A program made the position numbers and the translations under genes. Below the pieces are notes generated by a model. That model was not told the DNA's origin, did not search any database, and saw nothing but the letters and a program-made list of their open reading frames with translations. Positions 52,501-64,000 of a stretch of 64,000 bases of DNA are shown here, piece by piece. The stretch is from positions 52,886,001 through 52,950,000 of the forward strand of contig OZ024744.1 of the NCBI GenBank assembly GCA_964016885.1, read 5' to 3'. This stretch comes from Eledone cirrhosa (Eukaryota). Numbering within the stretch: position 1 is the stretch's first letter; every line of letters starts with the position of its first letter.

Positions 52501-55500
52501 AGTCTAGTGACAAATATAAGGCATGTGACCAGTAAACATATCAACTACAAGACTACACCAGCACCACTCTCTCAGTCTGGTGACAAGTGTAAGACATGTG
52601 ACCAGTAAACATATCAACTACAAGACTACACCAGCACCTCTCTCTCAGTCTAGTGACAAGTGTAAGACATGTGACCAGTAAACATATCAACTACAAGACT
52701 ACACCAGCACCTCTCTCTCAGTCTAGTGACAAGTGTAAGACATGTGACCAGTAAACATATCAACTACAAGACTACACCAGCACCTCTCTCTCAGTCTAGT
52801 GACAAGTGTAAGACATGTGACCAGTAAACATATCAACTACAAGACTACACCAGCACCTCTCTCTCAGTCTAGTGACAAGTGTAAGACATGTGACCAGTAA
52901 ACATATCAACTACAAGACTACACCAGCACCTCTCTCTCAGTCTAGTGACAAGTGTAAGACATGTGACCAGTAAACATATCAACTACAAGACTACACCAGC
53001 ACCTCTCTCTCAGTCTAGTGACAAGTGTAAGACATGTGACCAGTAAACATATCAACTACAAGACTACACCAGGACCTCTCTCTCAGTCTAGTGACAAGTG
53101 TAAGACATGTGACCAGTAAACATATCAACTACAAGACTACACCAGCACCTCTCTCTCAGTCTAGTGACAAGTGTAAGACATGTGACCAGTAAACATATCA
53201 ACTACAAGACTACACCAGCACCTCTCTCTCAGTCTAGTGACAAGTGTAAGTCATGTGACCAGTAAACATATCAACTACAAGACTACACTAGCACCTCTCT
53301 CTCAGTCTAGAGACAAGTGTAAGTCATGTGACCAGTAAACATATCAACTACAAGACTACACCAGCACCTCTGTCTCAGTCTAGTGACAAGTGTATGCCAT
53401 GTGACCAGTAAACATATCAACTACAAGACTACACCAGCACCACTCTCTCAGTCTAGTGACAAGTGTAAGTCATGTGACCAGTAAACATATCAACTACAAG
53501 ACTACACCAGCACCACTCTCTCAGTCTAGTGACAAGTGTAAGCCATGTGACCAGTAAACATCTCAACTACAAGACTACACCAGCACCTCTCTCTCAGTCT
53601 AGTGACAAGTGTAAGCCATGTGACCAGTAATCACATCAACTACAGGACTACACCAGCACCTTTCTCTCAGTCTAGTGACAAGTGTAAGACATGTGACCAG
53701 TAAAGATATCAACTACAAGACTACACCAGCACCACTCTCTCAGTCTAGTGACAAGTGTAAGACATGTGACCAGTAAACATATCAACTACAAGACTACACC
53801 AGCACCTCTCTCTCAGTCTAGTGACAAGTGTAAGCCATGTGACCAGTAAACACATCAACTACAAGACTACACCAGCACCTCTCTCTCAGTCTAGTGACAA
53901 GTGTAAGGCATGTGACAAGTAAACACATCAACTACAAGACTACACCAGCACCTCTCTCTCAGTCTAGTGACAAGTGTAAGGCATGTGACCAGTAAACACA
54001 TCAACTACAAGACTACACCAGCACCTCTCTCTCAGTCTAGTGACAAGTGTAAGCCATGTGACCAGTAAACATATCAACTACAAGACTACACCAGCACCTC
54101 TCTCTCAGTCTAGTGACAAGTGTAAGCCATGTGACCAGTAAACACATCAACTACAAGACTACACCATCACCTCTCTCTCAGTTTAGTGACAAGTGTAAGA
54201 CATGTGACCAGTAAACATATCAACTACAAGACTACACCAGCACCTCTCTCTCTCAGTCTAGTGACAAGTGTAAGCCATGTGACCAGTAAACATATCAACT
54301 ACAAGCCTACACCAGCACCTCTCTCTCAGTCTACTGACAAGTGTAAGCCATGTGACCAGTAAACATATCAACTACAAGACTACACCAGCACCTCTCTCTC
54401 AGTCTAGTGACAAGTGTAAGACATGTGACCAGTAAACACATCAACTACAAGACTACACCAGCACCTCTCTCTCAGTCTAGTGCCAAGTGTAAGCCATGTG
54501 ACCAGTAAACATATCAACTACAAGACTACACCAGCACCACTCTCTCAGTCTAGTGACAAGTGTAAGACATGTGACCAGTAAACATATCAACTACAAGACT
54601 ACACCAGCACCTCTCTCTAAGTCTAGTGACAAGTGTAAGACATGTGACCAGTAAACATATCAACTACAAGACTACACCAGCACCTCTCTCTCAGTCTAGT
54701 GACAAGTGTAAGTCATGTGACCAGTAAACATATCAACTACAAGACTACACCAGCACCTCTCTCTCAGTCTAGTGACAAGTGTAAGCCATGTGACCAGTAA
54801 ACATATCAACTACAAGACTACACCAGCACCTCTCTCTCAGTCTAGTGACAAGTGTAAGACATGTGACCAGTAAACATATCAACTACAAGACTACACCAGC
54901 ACCACTCTCTCAGTCTAGTGACAAGTGTAAGACATGTGACCAGTAAACATATCAACTACAAGACTACACCAGCACCTCTCTCTCAGTCTAGTGACAAGTG
55001 TAAGACATGTGACCAGTAAACATATCAACTACAAGACTACACCAGCACCTCTCTCACAGTCTAGTGACAAGTGTAAGACATGTGACCAGTAAACATATCA
55101 ACTACAAGACTACACCAGCACCACTCTCTCAGTCTAGTGACAAGTGTAAGTCATGTGATCAGTAAACATCTCAACTACAAGACTACACCAGCACCTCTCT
55201 CTCAGTCTAGTGACAAGTGTAAGCCATGTGACCAGTAAACATATCAACTACAAGACTACACCAGCACCTCTCTCTCAGTCTAGTGACAAGTGTAAGACAT
55301 GTGACCTGTAAACATATCAACTACAAGACTACACCAGCACCTCTCTCTCAGTCTAGTGACAAGTGTAAACATATGACCAGTAAACATATCAACTACAAGA
55401 CTACACCAGCACCACTCTCTCAGTCTAGTGACAAGTGTAAGACATGTGACCAGTAAACATATCAACTACAAGACTACACCAGCACCTCTCTCTCAGTCTA

Positions 55501-58500
55501 GTGACAAGTGTAAGACATGTGACCAGTAAACATATCAACTACAAGACTACACCAGCACCTCTCTCTCAGTCTAGTGACAAGTGTAAGACATGTGACCAGT
55601 AAACATATCAACTACAAGACTACACCAGCACCTCTCTCTCAGTCTAGTGACAAGTGTAAGTCATGTGACCAGTAAACATATCAACTACAAGACTACACCA
55701 GCCCCTCTCTCTCAGTCTACAGACAAGTGTAAGTCATGTGACCAGTAAACATATCAACTACAAGACTACACCAGCACCTCTCTCTCAGTCTAGTGACAAG
55801 TGTAAGTCATGTGACCAGTAAACATATCAACTACAAGACTACACTAGCACCTCTCTCTCAGTCTAGAGACAAGTGTAAGTCATGTGACCAGTAAACATAT
55901 CAACTACAAGACTACACCAGCACCTCTGTCTCAGTCTAGTGACAAGTGTATGCCATGTGACCAGTAAACATATCAACTACAAGACTACACCAGCACCACT
56001 CTCTCAGTCTAGTGACAAGTGTAAGTCATGTGACCAGTAAACATCTCAACTACAAGACTACACCAGCACCTCTCTCTCAGTTTAGTGACAAGTGTAAGCC
56101 ATGTGACCAGTAATCACATCAACTACAGGACTACACCAGCACCTTTCTCTCAGTCTAGTGACAAGTGTAAGACATGTGACCAGTAAAGATATCAACTACA
56201 AGACTACACCAGCACCTCTCTCTCAGTCTAGTGACAAGTGTAAGCCATGTGACCAGTAAACATATCAACGAAAAGACTACACCAGCACCTCTCTCTCAGT
56301 CTAGTGACAAGTGTAAGACATGTGACCAGTAAACATATCAACTACAAGACTACACCAGCACCTCTCTCTCAGTCTAGTGACAAGTGTAAGACATGTGACC
56401 AGTAAACATATCAACTACAAGACTACACCAGCACCTCTCTCTCAGTCTAGTGACAAGTGTAAGCCATGTGACCAGTAAAAACATATCAACGAAAAGACTA
56501 CACCAGCACCTCTCTCTCAGTCTAGTGACAAGTGTAAGACATGTGACCAGTAAACACATCAACTACAAGACTACACCAGCACCTCTCTCTCAGTCTAGTG
56601 ACAAGTGTAAGGCATGTGACCAGTAAACACATCAACTACAAGACTACACCAGCACCACTCTCTCTCAGTCTAGTGACAAGTGTAAGCCATGTGACCAGTA
56701 AACATATCAACTACAAGCCTACACCAGCACCTCTCTCTCAGTCTACTGACAAGTGTAAGTCATGTGACCAGTAAACATATCAACTACAAGACTACACCAG
56801 CACCTCTCTCTCAGTCTAGTGACAAGTGTAAGCCATGTGACCAGTAAACATATCAACTACAAGACTACACCAGCACCTCTCTCTCAGTCTAGTGACAAGT
56901 GTAAGACATGTGACCTGTAAACATATCAACTACAAGACTACACCAGCACCTCTCTCTCAGTCTAGTGACAAGTGTAAACATATGACCAGTAAACATATAA
57001 ACTACAAGTCTACACCAGCACCACCCTCTCAGTCTAGTGACAAGTGTAAGACATGTGACCAGTAAACACATCAACTAAAAGACTACACCAGCACCTCTCT
57101 CTCAGTCTAGTGACAAGTGTAAGGCATGTGACCAGTAAACATATCAACTACAAGACTACACCAGCACCACTCTCTCAGTCTGGTGACAAGTGTAAGACAT
57201 GTGACCAGTAAACATATCAACTACAAGACTACACTAGCACCTCTCTCTCAGTCTAGAGACAAGTGTAAGTCATGTGACCAGTAAACATATCAACTACAAG
57301 ACTACACCAGCACCTCTCTCTCAGTCTAGTGACAAGTGTAAGCCATGTGACCAGTAAACATATCAACTACAAGACTACACCAGCACCACTCTCTCAGTCT
57401 AGTGACAAGTGTAAGTCATGTGACCAGTAAACATCTCAACTACAAGACTACACCAGCACCTCTCTCTCAGTCTAGTGACAAGTGTAAGCCATGTGACCAG
57501 TAATCACATCAACTACAGGACTACACCAGCACCTTTCTCTCAGTCTAGTGACAAGTGTAAGACATGTGACCAGTAAACATATCAACTACAAGACTACACC
57601 AGCACCTCTCTCTCAGTCTAGTGACAAGTGTAAGACATGTGACCAGTAATTACATCAACTACAAGACTACACCAGCACCTCTCTCTCAGTCTAGTGACAA
57701 GTGTAAGACATGTGACCAGTAAACATATCAACTACAAGACTACACCAGCACCACTCTCTCAGTCTAGTGACAAGTGTAAGACATGTGACCAGTAAACACA
57801 TCAACTACAAGACTACACCAGCACCTCTCTCTCAGTCTAGTGACAAGTGTAAGACATGTGACCAGTAAACACATCAACTACAAGACTACACCAGCACCAC
57901 TCTCTCAGTCTAGTGACAAGTGTAAGACATGTGTCCAGTAAAGATATCAACTACAAGACTACACCAGCACCTCTCTCTCAGTCTAGTGACAAGTGTAAGA
58001 CATGTGACCAGTAAACATATCAACTACAAGACTACACCAGCACCTCTCTCTCAGTCTAGTGACAAGTGTAAGCCATGTGACCAGTAAACACATCAACTAC
58101 AAGACTACACCAGCACCTCTCTCTCAGTCTAGTGACAAGTGTAAGGCATGTGACCAGTAAACACATCAACTACAAGACTACACCAGCACCACTCTCTCAG
58201 TCTAGTGACAAGTGTAAGACATGTGACCAGTAAACATATCAACTACAAGACTACACCAGCACCTCTCTCTCAGTCTAGTGACAAGTGTAAGACATGTGAC
58301 CAGTAAACATATCAACTACAAGCCTACACCAGCCCCTCTCTCTCAGTCTACAGACAAGTGTAAGACATGTGACCAGTAAACATATCGACTACAAGACTAC
58401 ACTAGCACCTCTCTCTCAGTCTAGAGACAAGTGTAAGTCATGTAACCAGTAAACATATCAACTACAAGACTACACCAGCACCTCTGTCTCAGTCTAGTGA

Positions 58501-61500
58501 CAAGTGTATGCCATGTGACCAGTAAACATATCAACTACAAGACTACACCAGCACCACTCTCTCAGTCTAGTGACAAGTGTAAGTCATGTGACCAGTAAAC
58601 ATCTCAACTACAAGACTACACCAGCACCTCTCTCTCAGTCTAGTGACAAGTGTAAGCCATGTGACCAGTAATCACATCAACTACAGGACTACACCAGCAC
58701 CTTTCTCTCAGTCTAGTGACAAGTGTAAGACATGTGTCCAGTAAAGATATCAACTACAAGACTACACCAGCACCTCTCTCTCAGTCTAGTGACAAGTGTA
58801 AGACATGTGACCAGTAAACATATCAACTACAAGACTACACCAGCACCTCTCTCTCAGTCTAGTGACAAGTGTAAGCCATGTGACCAGTAAACACATCAAC
58901 TACAAGACTACACCAGCACCTCTCTCTCAGTCTAGTGACAAGTGTAAGACATGTGACCAGTAAACACATCAACTACAAGACTACACCAGCACCTCTCTCT
59001 CAGTCTAGTGACAAGTGTAAGACATGTGACCAGTAAACACATCAACTACAAGACTACACCAGCACCTCTCTCTCAGTCTAGTGACAAGTGTAAGCCATGT
59101 GACCAGTAAACATATCAACTACAAGACTACACCAGCACCACTCTCTCTCAGTCTAGTGACAAGTGTAAGACATGTGACCAGTAAACATATCAACTACAAG
59201 ACTACACCAGCACCTCTCTCTCAGTCTAGTGACAAGTGTAAGACATGTGACCAGTAAACATATCAACTACAAGACTACACCAGCACCACTCTCTCTCAGT
59301 CTAGTGACAAGTGTAAGACATGTGACCAGTAAACACATCAACTACAAGACTACACCAGCACCTCTCTCTCAGTCTAGTGACAAGTGTAAGACATGTGACC
59401 AGTAAACATATCAACTACAAGCCTACACCAGCACCTCTCTCTCAGTCTACTGACAAGTGTAAGTCATGTGACCAGTAAACATATCAACTACAAGACTACA
59501 CCAGCACCTCTCTCTCAGTCTAGTGACAAGTGTAAGACATGTGACCAGTAAACATATCAACTACAAGACTACACCAGCACCTCTCTCTCAGTCTAGTGAC
59601 AAGTGTAAGACATGTGACCAGTAAACATATCAACTACAAGACTACACCATCACCTCTCTCTCAGTCTAGTGACAAGTGTAAGACATGTGACCAGTAAACA
59701 TATCAACTACAAGACTACACCTTCACCTCTCTCTCAGTCTAGTGACAAGTGTAAGACATGTGACCAGTAAACATATGAACTACAAGACTACACCATCACC
59801 TCTCTCTCAGTCTAGTGACAAGTGTAAGACATGTGACCAGTAAACATATCAACTACAAGACTACACCAGCACCTCTCTCTCAGTCTAGTGACAAGTGTAA
59901 GACATGTGACCAGTAAACATATCAACTACAAGACTACACCAGCACCTCTCTCTCAGTCTAGTGACAAGTGTAAGTCATGTGACCAGTAAACATATCAACT
60001 ACAAGACTACACCAGCACCACTCTCTCAGTCTAGTGACAAGTGTAAGTCGTGTGACCAATAAACATATCAACTACATGACTACACCAGCACCTCTCTCTC
60101 AGTCTAGTGACAAGTGTAAGCCATGTGACCAGTAAACATATCAACTACAAGACTACACCAGCACCTCTCTCTCAGTCTAGTGACAAGTGTAAGCCATGTG
60201 ACCAGTAAACACATCAACTACAAGACTACACCAGCACCTCTCTCTCAGTCTAGTGACAAGTGTAAGACATGTGACCAGTAAACATATCAACTACAAGCCT
60301 ACACCAGCACCTCTCTCTCAGTCTACTGACAAGTGTAAGTCATGTGACCAGTAAACATATCAACTACAAGACTACACCAGCACCTCTCTCTCAGTCTAGT
60401 GACAAGTGTAAGACATGTGACCAGTAAACATATCAACTACAAGACTACACCAGCACCTCTCTCTCAGTCTAGTGACAAGTGTAAGACATGTGACCAGTAA
60501 ACATATCAACTACAAGACTACACCAGCACCTCTCTCTCAGTCTAGTGACAAGTGTAAGTCATGTGACCAGTAAACATATCAACTACAAGACTACACCAGC
60601 ACCACTCTCTCAGTCTAGTGACAAGTGTAAGTCGTGTGACCAATAAACATATCAACTACATGACTACACCAGCACCTCTCTCTCAGTCTAGTGACAAGTG
60701 TAAGCCATGTGACCAGTAAACATATCAACTACAAGACTACACCAGCACCTCTCTCTCAGTCTAGTGACAAGTGTAAGACATGTGACCAGTAAACACATCA
60801 ACTACAAGACTACACCAGCACCTCTCTCTCAGTCTAGTGACAAGTGTAAGCCATGTGACCAGTAAACATATCAACTACAAGACTACACCAGCACCTCTCT
60901 CTCATTCTAGTGACAAGTGTAAGGCATGTGACCAGTAAACATATCAACTACAAGACTACACCAGCACCTCTCTCTCAGTCTAGTGACAAGTGTAAGCCAT
61001 GTGACCAGTAAACATATCAACTACATGACTACACCAGCACCTCTCTCTCAGTCTAGTGACAAGTGTAAGACAGGTGACCAGTAAACATATCAACTACAAG
61101 ACTACACCAGCACCTCTCTCTCAGTATAGTGACAAGTGTAAGCCATGTGACCAGTAAACATATCAACTACAAGACTACACCAGCACCTCTCTCTCAGTTT
61201 AGTGACAAGTGTAAACATATGACCAGTAAACATATAAACTACATGTCTACACCAGCACCACTCTCTCAGTCTAGTGACAAGTGTAAGACATGTGAACAGT
61301 AAACATATCAACTACAAGACTACACCAGCACCTCTCTCTCAGTATAGTGACAAGTGTAAGCCATGTGACCAGTAAACATATCAACTACAAGACTACACCA
61401 GCACCACTCTCTCAGTCTAGTGACAAGTGTAAACATATGACCAGTAAACATATAAACTACAAGTCTACACCAGCACCACTCTCTCAGTCTAGTGATAAGT

Positions 61501-64000
61501 ATAAGACATGTGACCAGTAAACACATCAACTAAAAGACTACACCAGCACCTCTCTCTCAGTCTAGTGACAAGTGTAAGGCATGTGACCAGTAAACATATC
61601 AACTACAAGACTACACCAGCACCACTCTCTCAGTCTGGTGACAAGTGTAAGACATGTGACCAGTAAACATATCAACTACAAGACTACACCATCACCTCTC
61701 TCTCAGTCTAGTGACAAGTGTAAGACATGTGACCAGTAAACATATCAACTACAAGACTACACCAGCACCTCTCTCTCAGTCTAGTGACAAGTGTAAGACA
61801 TGTGACCAGTAAACATATCAACTACAAGACTACACCAGCACCTCTCTCTCAGTCTAGTGACAAGTGTAAGTCATGTGACCAGTAAACATATCAACTACAA
61901 GACTACACCAGCCCCTCTCTCTCAGTCTACAGACAAGTGTAAGTCATGTGACCAGTAAACATATCAACTACAAGACTACACCAGCACCTCTCTCTCAGTC
62001 TAGTGACAAGTGTAAGTCATGTGACCAGTAAACATATCAACTACAAGACTACACTAGCACCTCTCTCTCAGTCTAGAGACAAGTGTAAGTCATGTGACCA
62101 GTAAACATATCAACTACAAGACTACACCAGCACCTCTGTCTCAGTCTAGTGACAAGTGTATGCCATGTGACCAGTAAACATATCAACTACAAGACTACAC
62201 CAGCACCACTCTCTCAGTCTAGTGACAAGTGTAAGTCATGTGACCAGTAAACATCTCAACTACAAGACTACACCAGCACCTCTCTCTCAGTCTAGTGACA
62301 AGTGTAAGCCATGTGACCAGTAATCACATCAACTACAGGACTACACCAGCACCTTTCTCTCAGTCTAGTGACAAGTGTAAGACATGTGTCCAGTAAAGAT
62401 ATCAACTACAAGACTACACCAGCACCTCTCTCTCAGTCTAGTGACAAGTGTAAGACATGTGACCAGTAAACATATCAACTACAAGACTACACCAGCACCT
62501 CTCTCTCAGTCTAGTGACAAGTGTAAGCCATGTGACCAGTAAACACATCAACTACAAGACTACACCAGCACCTCTCTCTCAGTCTAGTGACAAGTGTAAG
62601 GCATGTGACCAGTAAACACATCAACTACAAGACTACACCAGCACCACTCGCTCTCAGTCTAGTGACAAGTGTAAGCCATGTGACCAGTAAACATATCAAC
62701 TACAAGCCTACACCAGCACCTCTCTCTCAGTCTACTGACAAGTGTAAGTCATGTGACCAGTAAACATATCAACTACAAGACTACACCAGCACCTCTCTCT
62801 CAGTCTAGTGACAAGTGTAAGACATGAGACCAGTAAACATATCAACTACAAGACTACACCAGCACCTCTCTCTCAGTCTAGTGACAAGTGTAAGACATGT
62901 GACCAGTAAACATATCAACTACAAGACTACACCATCACCTCTCTCTCAGTCTAGTGACAAGTGTAAGACATGTGACCAGTAAACATATCAACTACAAGAC
63001 TACACCTTCACCTCTCTCTCAGTCTAGTGACAAGTGTAAGACATGTGACCAGTAAACATATGAACTACAAGACTACACCATCACCTCTCTCTCAGTCTAG
63101 TGACAAGTGTAAGACATGTGACCAGTAAACATATCAACTACAAGACTACACCAGCACCTCTCTCTCAGTCTAGTGACAAGTGTAAGACATGTGACCAGTA
63201 AACATATCAACTACAAGACTACACCAGCACCTCTCTCTCAGTCTAGTGACAAGTGTAAGTCATGTGACCAGTAAACATATCAACTACAAGACTACACCAG
63301 CACCACTCTCTCAGTCTAGTGACAAGTGTAAGTCGTGTGACCAATAAACATATCAACTACATGACTACACTAGCACCTCTCTCTCAGTCTAGTGACAAGT
63401 GTAAGCCATGTGACCAGTAAACATATCAACTACAAGACTACACCAGCACCTCTCTCTCAGTCTAGTGACAAGTGTAAGACATGTGACCAGTAAACACATC
63501 AACTACAAGACTACACCAGCACCTCTCTCTCAGTCTAGTGACAAGTGTAAGCCATGTGACCAGTAAACATATCAACTACAAGACTACACCAGCACCTCTC
63601 TCTCATTGTAGTGACAAGTGTAAGGCATGTGACCAGTAAACATATCAACTACAAGACTACACCAGCACCTCTCTCTCAGTCTAGTGACAAGTGTAAGCCA
63701 TGTGACCAGTAAACATATCAACTACATGACTACACCAGCACCTCTCTCTCAGTCTAGTGACAAGTGTAAGACAGGTGACCAGTAAACATATCAACTACAA
63801 GACTACACCAGCACCTCTCTCTCAGTCTAGTGACAAGTGTAAGACATGTGACCAGTAAACATATCAACTACAAGACTACACCAGCACCACTCTCTCAGTC
63901 TAGTGACAAGTGTAAGCCATGTGACCAGTAAACATATCAACTACAAGACTACACCAGCACCTCTCTCTCAGTTTAGTGACAAGTGTAAACATATGACCAG
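34547..64000. repeat. 73-bp satellite DNA array, ~400 monomers, open at the right edge
   Basis: Consensus tagtgacaagtgtaag(a/c/t/g)catgtgaccagtaaaca(t/c)atcaactacaagactacaccagcacc(t/a)ctctctcagtc; period 73 (34911 to 34984); rare 72- and 75-bp variants; no interruptions seen. Confidence 0.99.

Noticed and set aside
36640-61529. Cys/Trp-rich 61-69 aa ORFs on the minus strand of the satellite
   Set aside because: 73 bp is not a multiple of 3. The ORFs appear only where indel or stop-removing variants occur and have no C2H2 spacing or TGEKP linkers
34547-64000. Satellite as a CRISPR array, tRNA array or hammerhead-bearing satellite
   Set aside because: No unique spacers or cas genes. tRNA-like length and a tggtgtagt A-box-like word, but no B box or cloverleaf. 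No CUGANGA or GAAA core on either strand

Overview
Eukaryotic, gene-poor, repeat-dominated DNA. The SINE families and dense (TA)n/(CA)n/(TACA)n tracts suggest an octopus (coleoid cephalopod) genome; this is inference. I can support no host protein-coding gene. Positions 1-34.5 kb are a patchwork of decayed retroelements inserted into microsatellites: five R4/Dong-type pieces (RT plus CCHC/REL endonuclease), a near full-length RTE/BovB-like LINE, an RTEX-like LINE, RTE-derived non-autonomous elements, tRNA-derived SINEs, Helitron/Helentron-like fragments and Penelope-like pseudo-LTRs. The Penelope-like cluster at 1.7-3.9 kb holds three complete minimal type I hammerhead ribozyme cores, two of them in a ~370 bp fold-back, plus three incomplete type III-like cores. 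Several fold-back palindromes abut (TA)n tracts. From ~34,547 to the window end is one homogeneous 73-bp satellite (~400 copies) with a loose ~40-47-monomer superstructure and a splice-site-like motif pair in every unit. All calls are by eye; no search or folding program was run.
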